A stretch of DNA of 64,000 bases from Patescibacteria group bacterium (GCA_041651535.1 JBAZIZ010000003.1:19357-83356), one strand, 5' to 3'; positions 8,238 to 17,989 are shown, numbered from the stretch's first letter. Numbers and translations are program-made. Notes: generated by a model from the sequence alone, not told the origin.

Positions 8238-8966
8238 CTAGCTCCTGCTACGGCAAGAAGCCGAACCCCACAAGCCAACCGAGAAGTCAAAGTCGAACCA
8301 GCCCAACTTAGGAACCTCATCGTCATACAGACCGACAAACGGCACCCTATCAACCTCATAGCGGGAGCCGGTGCAATCCACATAATGATCGCTGAGAACC
8401 TTTGTAAAAATACAAAGGTTTATACCCTCGTCAGAAGTAAGACATGATCTTCCTTCTTTTTTGATCAATTCTTCAGATTCTCTCGGTGATTTTCCGAGTA
8501 TCTCTTTTCCATTTTCTACGTCATAGATGACGTAAAGTCCTTTCTCAGGAACTTCAACAATATCTTTGATTTCGTTTGGACTAAGATAGGATACACCTTT
8601 CTTATCTCCATTGTGAACCAAAGACATAAGACCATTGACCCCAAGATAGGATTTGGTGGTGATAAAAAGAAAAGGGATACGGTTGTCAGGAATATCCATC
8701 TCCACTGCTTTGGAGATAACTTCCTCACGATAATCTTTGTCTGCGAAGAAATTAATTATCGTTTCAAGAAAATTAATTTCTTTCATTTTTTTGAGGTAGC
8801 TGTCATACAACTTCTCAAGTTTTTTCCTTTTTTCCTGATTTTCTGCTTTGTTTTTCTCAAACACTTCGGAATTCTCTTTAAGAAATTTTTCCTTTTCTTC
8901 AGGAGAAAGTTCATTAAAAAGTTTCTGAATTTTTTTAAATTTTGAATCAAACATTTTACTCTCCAT
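8238..8966 (-). CDS. DGR variable (target) protein with the VR at its extreme C-terminus
   Basis: 242 aa with a Lys/Glu-rich N-terminal helical region and no signal peptide. The C-terminal ...SRYEVDRVPFVGLYDDEVPKLGWFDFDFSVGLWGSASCRS is encoded by the VR. The stop codon falls 3 codons after TR homology ends. Confidence 0.85.
   Translation of the reverse strand: MESKMFDSKFKKIQKLFNELSPEEKEKFLKENSEVFEKNKAENQEKRKKLEKLYDSYLKKMKEINFLETIINFFADKDYREEVISKAVEMDIPDNRIPFLFITTKSYLGVNGLMSLVHNGDKKGVSYLSPNEIKDIVEVPEKGLYVIYDVENGKEILGKSPRESEELIKKEGRSCLTSDEGINLCIFTKVLSDHYVDCTGSRYEVDRVPFVGLYDDEVPKLGWFDFDFSVGLWGSASCRSRS
8247..8368 (-). repeat. DGR variable repeat (VR), 122 bp
   Basis: Reverse complement equals the TR except at 19 positions that are A in the TR (to T or G in the VR). 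11 codons are altered (for example N to F, G, D or V, and K to L). The 3' flank AGGAGCTAGGGC (IMH-like, GC-rich) differs from the TR flank CTCTAAAATAC. Confidence 0.9.
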
Positions 8967-9129
8967 GGTAATTATTTGTAATGTGCTGATAATTATTTAT
9001 TACTAAATAACAAATTATAATAACATATTATAAGTGTTTTGTCAACCTAATTAATCACTTTTTCGCTTATTTTAGCTAAATTTTGATTAAAAAAATAGGT
9101 GAAAATATAAGAATAAACAAAAAAACAAT

Positions 9130-9340
9130 TAGTCAATCACTTTTATCACTCTGAGAAGTATAAAATACAACGAAGAGTCCCCCAGAAAGTGGATTGTCAT
9201 TAGACAATTAAAAATCATCAATTATTGAATTAAAGAAGTTTAAGGGATACCTCTACCCCGACGTAACGTCGGGGTTACGGTATGACAAAATGACTGGAAA
9301 TTTGTTTTAAAAAAGTTTATTTATTTAGCTTATCTATTGA
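9130..9340. repeat. copy B of the ~200-bp structured intergenic repeat (copy A at 1541..1760)
   Basis: Same ordered sequence blocks as copy A. Contains the perfect hairpin ccccgacgtaacgtcgggg inside a longer stem gatacc...ggtatc. The corresponding stem in copy A is gattc...gaatc, a compensatory change. Confidence 0.5.
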
Positions 9341-9403
9341 ATTAAAAATAAATTTTAAAAAAACCTAAATCTAAAATCCTAAATTTTAATTCTAAAATTT
9401 AAA

Positions 9404-9487
9404 AACAGCCTTATTTCAGACTATTTTTTACTTTTGCATTCCTGCCTACCGGTTTATATGCCGTTAGGTATGCAGGCAGGTTTAATT
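9404..9487 (-). terminator. tandem intrinsic-terminator module downstream of the queA stop
   Basis: aaaaacagccttatttcagactatttttt, then cttttgcatt, then cctgcctaccggtttatatgccgttaggtatgcaggcagg, then tttaatttt. Same architecture as 3157-3229. Confidence 0.5.
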
Positions 9488-10630
9488 TTACTTTATTATC
9501 ATCGCATCTCCAAAACTATAAAATCTATATTCTTTTTCAATCGCTTGTTCATAAACATCGAGCATGAACTTTTTTCCGTCAACTAAACTTTTTGCGAAAT
9601 TCTTTGGATTGCCATCATAAAATTTATTAGAAGCAAAAGCACAAACTAACATAAGTAAAGTTGATTTTGGTAAATGAAAATTTGTGATCAAAGCATCAAC
9701 AACTTTAAATTTAAAACCAAGTGTAATGAAAATATTTATATCACCTTTAAAAGCTTCCAATTTTCCGTCTTGATAAGAAGCTAAACTGGCAATTCCTTCA
9801 AGAGTTCTGACACTAGTTGTGCCAACAGCGATTACTCTTCGACCTTCTTTTTTAGCTTTATTTATTTTTTCTGCATTTTCTAAATCTAATTCAATATATT
9901 CACTATGCATTTTATGATCTTCTATATCTTCTGTCTTTACTGGCAAAAATGTTCCTAAACCAACATGCAAAGTAATTTCAGCAAATTCTATTCCTTTTTC
10001 TTTTAAGCGAGCAATCAATTCTGGTGTAAAATGAAAACCAGCTGTCGGGGCGGCTACTGAACCAACATTTTTTGCATAAATTGTTTGATAATCAGTAAAA
10101 TTTTTTGGTTCTGTTTTGACGTAAGGTGGCACTGGAATTTTGCCATATTTATTTGCTTTTTCAATTATTTTTTCTTTTTCATCATCAAATTGGACTAAAA
10201 TTTCTCCACTAATTTCTTTAGCAATTATTTTACAAAAAAAATCAGGAGCAAAACGAACTAACATACCTGGTTTAACTCTTTTACCTGGTTTAGCTAGTAC
10301 TTTCCAAACTCCAGAATTTTCCATTTGACGCACTAAAAAAATTTCAACTTCTTGTTGATTTAAAAGTGGTTTATCTGGAATATTATTTTTATCCAAATCG
10401 CTATCAGCTGCTTCTAATCTACCAAAAAGACGGGCTTTAAATACTTTTGAATTATTTAAAACTAACAAATCACCTTTTTGTAAAAAATCAACTATTTCAA
10501 AAAATTTTTTATCAGTTGTTTTTTTTGATTTTGTGTCAACAACTAAAAGTTTTGAATTGTCTCGTGGTTCAATTGGTTTTTGGGCTATTCTGTCTAATGG
10601 TAAAAAATAATCAAATTCTGTTGTTTTCAT
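9488..10630 (-). CDS. queA: S-adenosylmethionine:tRNA ribosyltransferase-isomerase
   Basis: MKTTEFDYFLPLDRIAQKPIEPRDNSKLLVVD... is a canonical QueA N-terminus; length 380 aa. Confidence 0.85.
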   Translation of the reverse strand: MKTTEFDYFLPLDRIAQKPIEPRDNSKLLVVDTKSKKTTDKKFFEIVDFLQKGDLLVLNNSKVFKARLFGRLEAADSDLDKNNIPDKPLLNQQEVEIFLVRQMENSGVWKVLAKPGKRVKPGMLVRFAPDFFCKIIAKEISGEILVQFDDEKEKIIEKANKYGKIPVPPYVKTEPKNFTDYQTIYAKNVGSVAAPTAGFHFTPELIARLKEKGIEFAEITLHVGLGTFLPVKTEDIEDHKMHSEYIELDLENAEKINKAKKEGRRVIAVGTTSVRTLEGIASLASYQDGKLEAFKGDINIFITLGFKFKVVDALITNFHLPKSTLLMLVCAFASNKFYDGNPKNFAKSLVDGKKFMLDVYEQAIEKEYRFYSFGDAMIIK

Positions 10631-10639
10631 ATCTAAAAA

Positions 10640-11680
10640 TTATAAATATTTATAACGATTATAATTATGCTGTTCATTTGTAACTGCATAATGAACTTGT
10701 CCATTACTATCAGTCAAGAAAAAATTATAATTATTTTTTGTCGGATAAATAGCTGCCATAATAGAATCTAAACTTGGATTACAAATCGGACTAAGCGGTA
10801 ATCCAGGATATTTATAAGTATTCCACAAAGAATCTGTTTGTCTATCTTCAGAAGTAGTAAACACTGTACCGGTTTTAAAAACTGCGTAATGAACTGTGGA
10901 ATCAGCTTGCAGCGCCCAATTTTCTTCTAAACGACGCCAAAATAAATCAGCAACTATTTTTTTATCAGCTAAAGTTTTTACTTCTTTTTCCAAAATAGAG
11001 GCTAAAGTTAAAATTTGATAAACAGTTTTTCCTTGTTTTTCAATTTCCAAATACATTTCTGGAGTAAATTGTGAATCACGGTAAGCAATAAATTTTTCTA
11101 AAATTTCTTTGAGATCAGAATCAGCAAAAACTCTAATTGTTTCTGGAGCTAAATAACCTTCATAACTTACATACTCTGGTTTATCTCTTAAAACTTTATA
11201 TTTAGCAAAATCAACATCTGGTTTAGAAACATCTTTTGCTGTTCGATAATCAACAGCTGGTAAACCAATCAGTTCAGTTGTTTCTTCTGCTTGAAACATG
11301 GCTAAAGATTCAAAATATGTAGCAACATCACGAATATCCCAACCAGGCAAAATGGTTATTTCTTTTTCATTAAAATCTGGTTGATTCAAACTACTCGCAA
11401 TATTAGCAATAGTCAAAGGAGAATTAACAGTGTAATTACCAAATTTTATTTTTTTATCCAAATTATTCCAAGCTAGATATTTTTTAAAAAGCCAAGCATC
11501 AGAAATAATTTTTTCTTTTTCTAATCGAGTTGCTAATTCAGTAGCAGTTTCTCCTTGTTTTACTTCAAAATTTATTTGCGGTTCATGGACTGTCTCTTTT
11601 TTATAAATACTATAATAAAAATAATAAGCAAAAAGAACAAAAACTATTAAAAATAAAAAAAATATTTTATTTAATCGCAT
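10640..11680 (-). CDS. mltG: endolytic murein transglycosylase MltG (YceG family)
   Basis: N-terminal TM, ...ITILPGWDIRDV... core and the conserved C-terminal region of the YceG/MltG family. Confidence 0.75.
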   Translation of the reverse strand: MRLNKIFFLFLIVFVLFAYYFYYSIYKKETVHEPQINFEVKQGETATELATRLEKEKIISDAWLFKKYLAWNNLDKKIKFGNYTVNSPLTIANIASSLNQPDFNEKEITILPGWDIRDVATYFESLAMFQAEETTELIGLPAVDYRTAKDVSKPDVDFAKYKVLRDKPEYVSYEGYLAPETIRVFADSDLKEILEKFIAYRDSQFTPEMYLEIEKQGKTVYQILTLASILEKEVKTLADKKIVADLFWRRLEENWALQADSTVHYAVFKTGTVFTTSEDRQTDSLWNTYKYPGLPLSPICNPSLDSIMAAIYPTKNNYNFFLTDSNGQVHYAVTNEQHNYNRYKYL

Positions 11681-11686
11681 AAAAAA

Positions 11687-12868
11687 TTATTTTATTTTTA
11701 CAAAAAATCTTTTACCTTTTTGTAAAATATCATTTTCTTTTAAAATAAAATCTGGAGATTCTATTTTTTCACTGTTAACTTTTATAGCTCCTTGAGAAAT
11801 TTGACGACGAGCATCAGAATTGCTAGAACAAAAACCGGCTTCAACTAAAACATTTAAAATATTTAAATCTTTTGGTTTTATTTCCATAATATCCTCAGGA
11901 ATTTCTTTATTTTTAAAAGTATTGATAAAATATTCTTCAGCTTTTTCTGCTAAATTTTCATTATGATACATTTTAACGATTTCTTTAGCTAATTTTATTT
12001 TTATATCACGAGGATTTGTTCCGTTTTTCATTTCCGTTTCCATTTCTTTTATTTTTTCCAAAGGAAATCGAGTAGCTAGTGTAAAATATTTTATAATAAA
12101 TTCATCAGCAATCGACATTACTTTTCCAAACATTTCATTTGGTTCAGCAAATAAATTTATTGTATTACCCCAACTAGAACTCATTTTACGTCCGTCTGTA
12201 CCTTCTAAGATTGGACCCATTAAAACATTTTGTGGTTCTTGTCCAAAATGCTCTTGCATTTTTCTACCAGCAAGTAAATTAAATCTTTGATCAGTACCGC
12301 CTAATTCAACATCAGCTTTTATTGCCACTGAATCGTGTCCTTGCATCAAAGGATATAATAATTCACGCAAAGAAACCCGACTACCAGCATCTAGACGACG
12401 ACGAATATTTTCTCGAGCAATAAATTCAGCTAAAGAAAATTGATTGGCTTCTTCACCTATTTCTTTATAAGTCAATTTTCCAAGCCATTTGCTGTTATAA
12501 TGAATTTCGCATTTTTTTATATCCAAAATTTTTCCAGCTTGGGCAACATAATTTTTCATGTTTTGTTTTATTTGTTTTTGATCAAGCATTGGTCTTTCAC
12601 TATCTTTGTCTGAAGTATCACCAATAACACCAGTAAAATCACCAATTATAAAAACAACTTTATGACCTAAATCTTGAAAATCTTTGAGTTTTAAAAGTGG
12701 TATAGAACGACCGATATGAATATTTGGGCTTGTTGGATCAATTCCTAATTTTATTCTAAGTTGTTTTCCGCTTTGCATTTTTTTTTGTAAATCTTTTCTA
12801 TCAATTATTTCTTCGACTCCTCTATTTAAAACTTCTTCAATTTTTTTTAAATCAGTATTTATTTTCAT
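11687..12868 (-). CDS. tyrS: tyrosine--tRNA ligase
   Basis: Class I aaRS HIGR (HIGH-type) and KMSSS motifs, with a C-terminal S4 domain. Confidence 0.9.
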   Translation of the reverse strand: MKINTDLKKIEEVLNRGVEEIIDRKDLQKKMQSGKQLRIKLGIDPTSPNIHIGRSIPLLKLKDFQDLGHKVVFIIGDFTGVIGDTSDKDSERPMLDQKQIKQNMKNYVAQAGKILDIKKCEIHYNSKWLGKLTYKEIGEEANQFSLAEFIARENIRRRLDAGSRVSLRELLYPLMQGHDSVAIKADVELGGTDQRFNLLAGRKMQEHFGQEPQNVLMGPILEGTDGRKMSSSWGNTINLFAEPNEMFGKVMSIADEFIIKYFTLATRFPLEKIKEMETEMKNGTNPRDIKIKLAKEIVKMYHNENLAEKAEEYFINTFKNKEIPEDIMEIKPKDLNILNVLVEAGFCSSNSDARRQISQGAIKVNSEKIESPDFILKENDILQKGKRFFVKIK

Positions 12869-12872
12869 ATAA

Positions 12873-15662
12873 TTATTTTAAATTTTCTAATTGTTTTTGT
12901 AATTTATTTAATTTATCTTGCGCTTCAGCCAATTTATTTTTTTCTATTTCTACAACTTTTTCTGGTGCATTATCTACAAAATTTTTATTATTTAATTTTT
13001 CTTGTAAATTTTTTATATAAGGATTAATTTTTTCAATTTCTAATTTCAATCTAATATTTTCTTTTTCTTTATTTAAATTAGAAGAAAAATCTAAAAATAT
13101 TTCCACTCCACTTTCTACACAAGCTGTATATTTTTCTGGTTTATCCATTTTCTCAAAAATTTCCAATTTTTCCAATCTAGACAAAACTTTGATCACTTCT
13201 TTATTATTTTCTAATAAACTTTTTTTATTTCCAGCACTTATTATAACATCTATCTTTTTAACAGGTTCAATTTTATTTTCTGATCTGACAGAACGGATTT
13301 TGATTATTATATTTTGCAAAACAGAAAAATCTTCAATTTTGTCTTGTTTTTTAGTAAACAAAGAAAATATTTTTTTAATTTTTTCTAATTTATTTTTTGG
13401 CATCTTTTCTACTAATAAAATTTTATTTTCACCATAAATTTCTTGCCAAATTTCTTCTGTCACAAATGGCATAAATGGATGCCAAAGTTTTAAAATTGTA
13501 TTTAAAATATAATTTAATATTTCTGATTTATCACCTTCTATTTTCGCAATTTCCAAATACCAATCAGCTAATTCATTCCAAGTAAAATCTCTTAATTTTT
13601 CTCCAGCCAAAGATAAATTAAAATTATTTATAAGTTTTTCATTTTCTGTAAGTAAATTTGATAAATTATTTAAAATCCATTTATCAGCTAAAGTTTTTGT
13701 TTTCGGTATCACAATATCGTTTTTTGGTTCATCAATATTTAAAAGCATAAAACGACTAATATTCCAAAGTTTATTTGTAAAATTTCTAAAACCAGCAATT
13801 TTTTCTTCAGATAATTTCATATCATTTCCTGGAGTATTACCAATCAAAAGTGATAATCTAGTTGCATCAGCCCCGTATTTTTCTATCATTTGTAAAGGAT
13901 CGATTGTATTACCTAGAGATTTACTCATTTTTTTACCTTTTTCATCTCTAACTAAACCGTGCAAATAAACCGTTTTAAAAGGAATATCTCCAAACGTATA
14001 AGTTGTCATAAGAATCATACGAGCAACCCAAAAAAACAAAATATCATAACCAGTTTCCATAACTGTAGTAGGATGGAAATTTCTAAAATCTTCACTATCA
14101 ATTATTATTTTTTCATTTTCAATTTTTATTTGATCTGCTGAATTTGCCAAAGTAGAAAATGTCCAAAGTCCAGAACTAAACCATGTATCAAGTGTATCGG
14201 TGTCTTGGATCCAATTATTTCCTTTTGGCGCTTCTGTCCCAACATAAATATCTTTTTCTTCGTCTTTTGAATTTTTCATTTTTAATTTTAAATTTGTTTT
14301 GTACCAAACAGGAATTTGATGACCAAACCAAATCTGACGAGAAATGCACCAATCTTTTAGATTATCAATCCAATTAAAATAAACTTTTTCAAACTGTTCC
14401 GGAATAATTTTTATTTGTCCACTTTTAACTGTAATTTGCATGAGTTCTTTCAAAGAAAAATTATCACCATTTTTTACATTTTTTAATTTTGAATTATTGA
14501 TTTTAAATTTTTTGTTTACATCAATAAACCATTGGGTCATTGGCAACGATTCTATAACATCACCAAAACGATCAGAAGTACCGACATTTTGGATTGTATC
14601 TTCTTCTTTTATAAATAAATTATTTTTTTTCAAATTTTCTAAAACTTCTTCTCGACATTTTAAAACTTCAAGCCCAGCATATTTGCCAGCTTTGTCAGAC
14701 ATTTTACCATCTTTATCAATAATTTGAATCATGCCAATTTCATTACCCAAAGATTTTTGTTTTAAATACATTTCAAAATCGACTGAGCTGTGTGCTGGAG
14801 TAACTCCAACTGCTCCAGTTCCGTATTTCATATCAACATGTTCATCGGCAATTATTTTTATTTTTAAATCAATTTCAGAATCAGCAAAATTTTTAATTTC
14901 AAAAGTTTTACCAATAAATTTTTTATATCTTTTGTCTTGTGGATTTACTGCAACTGCAGTATCACCTAATTTTGTTTCTGGACGAGTAGTCGCAATAGCA
15001 ATTGGAAAATCTTGATTATATTTAAAAGTATAAATTTTTGCTGGTCTTTCAATATAAACAAGTTCGTCATCACTGCAAGTTGATTGCCCTTTTACTGACC
15101 AATTTATAACTCTAAAACCACGATAAATGAGTCCATCATCATACATTTTTTTAAATACTGAATAAACAGCTTTATGACGAATTTCATCCAAAGTATAGGC
15201 TTCTCGGCTCCAATCAAGTGAAGCTCCCATTTTTTTTGTTTGTCCAATTATGGTATCATGACTGTTTTTAGCAAATTCTTTTACTTTTTCCAAAAATTTT
15301 TCTTTTCCTAATTCTTGTTTTGGTTTTTTTAAACCTTCTTTTTCAATTAACATTTTTTCTACTTTTGATTCAGTCGCTACAGCTGCATGATCAGTACCAG
15401 GCAACCACAGAGTTTTTTTACCTGACATCCGCTGAAATCTAATTAGAACATCTTGGATAGCTAACATAGCCGCATGACCCATATGTAAAGTTCCGGTAAC
15501 ATTTGGCGGTGGCAAAACAATACTAAAAGATTCTGATTTTTCATCACAAATTCCTTTTTTTACGCAAACATCAGGATTAAAAAAACCGCTTTTTTCCCAT
15601 TTTTCGTAAATTTTATCTTCGTATTTTTGCGGTTCGTAAGTTTTAGCCAATTCTTTTTTCAT
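12873..15662 (-). CDS. valS: valine--tRNA ligase
   Basis: 929 aa; HMGH and KMSKS motifs, editing domain, C-terminal coiled coil. Confidence 0.9.
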   Translation of the reverse strand: MKKELAKTYEPQKYEDKIYEKWEKSGFFNPDVCVKKGICDEKSESFSIVLPPPNVTGTLHMGHAAMLAIQDVLIRFQRMSGKKTLWLPGTDHAAVATESKVEKMLIEKEGLKKPKQELGKEKFLEKVKEFAKNSHDTIIGQTKKMGASLDWSREAYTLDEIRHKAVYSVFKKMYDDGLIYRGFRVINWSVKGQSTCSDDELVYIERPAKIYTFKYNQDFPIAIATTRPETKLGDTAVAVNPQDKRYKKFIGKTFEIKNFADSEIDLKIKIIADEHVDMKYGTGAVGVTPAHSSVDFEMYLKQKSLGNEIGMIQIIDKDGKMSDKAGKYAGLEVLKCREEVLENLKKNNLFIKEEDTIQNVGTSDRFGDVIESLPMTQWFIDVNKKFKINNSKLKNVKNGDNFSLKELMQITVKSGQIKIIPEQFEKVYFNWIDNLKDWCISRQIWFGHQIPVWYKTNLKLKMKNSKDEEKDIYVGTEAPKGNNWIQDTDTLDTWFSSGLWTFSTLANSADQIKIENEKIIIDSEDFRNFHPTTVMETGYDILFFWVARMILMTTYTFGDIPFKTVYLHGLVRDEKGKKMSKSLGNTIDPLQMIEKYGADATRLSLLIGNTPGNDMKLSEEKIAGFRNFTNKLWNISRFMLLNIDEPKNDIVIPKTKTLADKWILNNLSNLLTENEKLINNFNLSLAGEKLRDFTWNELADWYLEIAKIEGDKSEILNYILNTILKLWHPFMPFVTEEIWQEIYGENKILLVEKMPKNKLEKIKKIFSLFTKKQDKIEDFSVLQNIIIKIRSVRSENKIEPVKKIDVIISAGNKKSLLENNKEVIKVLSRLEKLEIFEKMDKPEKYTACVESGVEIFLDFSSNLNKEKENIRLKLEIEKINPYIKNLQEKLNNKNFVDNAPEKVVEIEKNKLAEAQDKLNKLQKQLENLK

Positions 15663-15767
15663 AAATTATTATTAATAATCTTATTATACCCGATTTATAT
15701 AAAAAATCAAGAAAAAAGCTATTTTAAGCTAAATTTTACTCTTTTTTATAAGAAAAACTGAAAACTC

Positions 15768-15796
15768 TTGACAAAAAGCTTTTTTTTATATAATAT
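15768..15796 (+). promoter_or_regulatory. sigma70-like promoter TTGACA-17-TAATAT upstream of the DHH phosphoesterase gene
   Basis: TTGACA at 15768-15773, 17-nt T-rich spacer, TAATAT at 15791-15796. Nearly identical promoter context to 27004-27032. Confidence 0.45.
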
Positions 15797-15847
15797 GCTA
15801 TATTCTCTTGTCAAAAACAAGACGATTTTCAAAGTCCGCAAAAAGAT

Positions 15848-16987
15848 ATGAGTTTAAATAATTTTGAACAATTCAAACAAATAGTAAACGAAAAAAAACA
15901 TATTTTGATTACTTTTAAAAAAAGAGCTGATGGTGATGCTATTGGGGCTGCTTTGGCAATCAAAAAAGTTTTAGAACAAAATGGAAAAAAAATTGATATA
16001 GTTTGTGATGATTTTAAAATTGAAAAAAAATATGCTTTTTTAACTGGCATAAAGGATATAAAAAATGCTTTATTAGATTTACATAAATTTATTATTAGCA
16101 TTGATATCAAAGATACTGGCATTAATGAATTAAGTTATGATATCAAAGAAAATAATTTAAGAATTTTTGTTTCTCCAAAAAAAGGTTTTCTTTCAAAAGA
16201 AAAAATCAAAACTTCTCAAACTGATTTTAAATATGATTTAATAATAGTTTTAGACACTTCTGAATTATATTTACTTGCTAATATTTATAATAAAAATGAA
16301 GATTTTTTTTATACTACTCCAATAATTAATATTGACCACAAATCAACAAATGAATATTTTGGACATTTAAATATTATTGACTTGCCTGCTTCTAGTACTA
16401 GCGAAATAATTTATAAATTATTTGAAAAAATATATCCAGAATTTTTAACTGCTGAGATAGCCGAAATTTTATTGACTGGAATAATTCATGGCACAAATAG
16501 TTTTAAAAACAAAAAAGTTAATCCAAATACTTTAGCTATCGCTGGAAAATTAGTTGATCTCGGAGCTGACAGAGAAAAAATAATAAAAAATTTGTATCAA
16601 ACAAAAGATATTTCCACTTTTAAACTTTGGGGTATTATTTTAAATAATTTACAATACGATAAAGAAAATGATTTAGTTTGGTCAATTTTAACTCGTGAAG
16701 ATTTCAAAAAAACAGATGCTGACAGAAAAGATTTAGAAAATATAATTGATGAAATAATTGTTACTTCTCCAGAAGCTAAATATATTTTACTTTTATTTGA
16801 AAATGAAAATAATGAAATTGAAGGCAAATTAAAAATATTACCAGCACATCATGCCACTGAAATTATGAAAAAATATAATGCTGTCGGAGATGAAAATGAT
16901 GCTAATTTTATAATTAAAAATTCTAGTATCAAAAAAGCTGAGGAAGAAATCTTGCAACACATTAAAAACGAAATTAAAAAAAATTAA
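15848..16987 (+). CDS. DHH-family phosphoesterase (NrnA-like oligoribonuclease/pAp phosphatase)
   Basis: DHH motif (IINIDHKSTNEYFGH), DHHA1-like C-terminal region, GDAIGAALA N-terminal motif. Confidence 0.7.
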   Translation: MSLNNFEQFKQIVNEKKHILITFKKRADGDAIGAALAIKKVLEQNGKKIDIVCDDFKIEKKYAFLTGIKDIKNALLDLHKFIISIDIKDTGINELSYDIKENNLRIFVSPKKGFLSKEKIKTSQTDFKYDLIIVLDTSELYLLANIYNKNEDFFYTTPIINIDHKSTNEYFGHLNIIDLPASSTSEIIYKLFEKIYPEFLTAEIAEILLTGIIHGTNSFKNKKVNPNTLAIAGKLVDLGADREKIIKNLYQTKDISTFKLWGIILNNLQYDKENDLVWSILTREDFKKTDADRKDLENIIDEIIVTSPEAKYILLLFENENNEIEGKLKILPAHHATEIMKKYNAVGDENDANFIIKNSSIKKAEEEILQHIKNEIKKN

Positions 16988-17102
16988 TTAAAAATCGTTC
17001 TTTACAAAAATCTCCAAAAAAGTTTATATACAAAACTTTCGTTTAGATAAATAAGCATATTTATTTAAGTGAAGGTTTTGTGGGTTTAATTATTTTTTAT
17101 TA

Positions 17103-17474
17103 TTGGAGATTAAAATGAAAACGCTAAAAATTCTGTTGACGGTTTTTGGAATTTCAATGTTTTTTACAACATTGGAATTAATATTCCAGGGTGTGTTCTA
17201 TACAGATATTCACATAGGATATCTGTCTGGAACGGCCCTTTGGTCGATTGCTTCGCCTCTGTATATTTTTTTATTTACTAGAGGAGAAAAAGAATACCGC
17301 ACCGAAAAAATGATTGTGTATGGTATTTTATTTGCCTTAGGAGTTGCTGCCGCACATATTTTTTTTCCAGTGGATAAAAATATTATCTTTTTCCCATTGA
17401 TAAAAGATATATTTGTAGTTTTGGTATCGATGGGAATATTTATATTTTTTTATAAAAAAATAGAAGGAGAATAA
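17103..17474 (+). CDS. hypothetical membrane protein (4 TM)
   Basis: 123-aa hydrophobic ORF with a GGAG RBS 8 nt upstream. Noticeably higher GC and different codon usage from its neighbours. Confidence 0.4.
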   Translation: MEIKMKTLKILLTVFGISMFFTTLELIFQGVFYTDIHIGYLSGTALWSIASPLYIFLFTRGEKEYRTEKMIVYGILFALGVAAAHIFFPVDKNIIFFPLIKDIFVVLVSMGIFIFFYKKIEGE

Positions 17475-17475
17475 A

Positions 17476-17925
17476 ATGAAAAAGATTTTAAGTTACGTCC
17501 AACTAGTTGCTCTAGCTGAAACAAACCCAGAGGAAAGGGTTTGTATTGAAAAAAATGGTGAAGTGATTGAAATGTCTGCAACAGACGCACTGTCTGAAAT
17601 AGACAAAATGTTCTTTATAAAAAAAGAAGAACATAAAGAAGAAGAATTAAAAAAAAGACCCGGACAGTGGGTCTATGAAATTGTGGAGGATCTAAATTGC
17701 AATGTCTCAATGGGCGATGAACTTTTCTCATTGTCTGGATTCTCCTTAAATAAGAGCCAAAGGCAAGAGATTATGGAATCAATCATCGGGATTAATTCCA
17801 CAGATGCATTATCTGGCATCTTTAAAATGGAAGAAATCTTTGTCCAAAAACTGATAGAGTTTGGACTGGATGAAAAAAAAGCTAAGCAGGCAGCTAAAGA
17901 AACTATTAACAGTTTTAAGTTTTAG
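17476..17925 (+). CDS. hypothetical protein
   Basis: 149 aa with a GGAGAA RBS. Translationally coupled to the upstream ORF and shares its higher GC. Confidence 0.4.
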   Translation: MKKILSYVQLVALAETNPEERVCIEKNGEVIEMSATDALSEIDKMFFIKKEEHKEEELKKRPGQWVYEIVEDLNCNVSMGDELFSLSGFSLNKSQRQEIMESIIGINSTDALSGIFKMEEIFVQKLIEFGLDEKKAKQAAKETINSFKF

Positions 17926-17942
17926 TTTTTTTGCTCTTTTAT

Positions 17943-17975
17943 ATCCCGGTTGAAATATACCGGTTTTTTTATTTT
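17943..17975 (+). terminator. intrinsic terminator (ccggttgaaatataccgg plus T7) after the two-gene plus-strand unit
   Basis: CCGGT/ACCGG stem followed by tttttttatttt. Confidence 0.5.
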
Positions 17976-17989
17976 AAAATTTTTTAAAA

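Noticed and set aside
8516-8945. ORFs 8516..8728 (-) and 8613..8945 (+) overlapping the DGR target gene
   Set aside because: Alternative-frame or antisense readings of the Lys/Glu-rich N-terminal coding region of the 242-aa target protein. The target ORF is supported by the in-frame VR at its 3' end.
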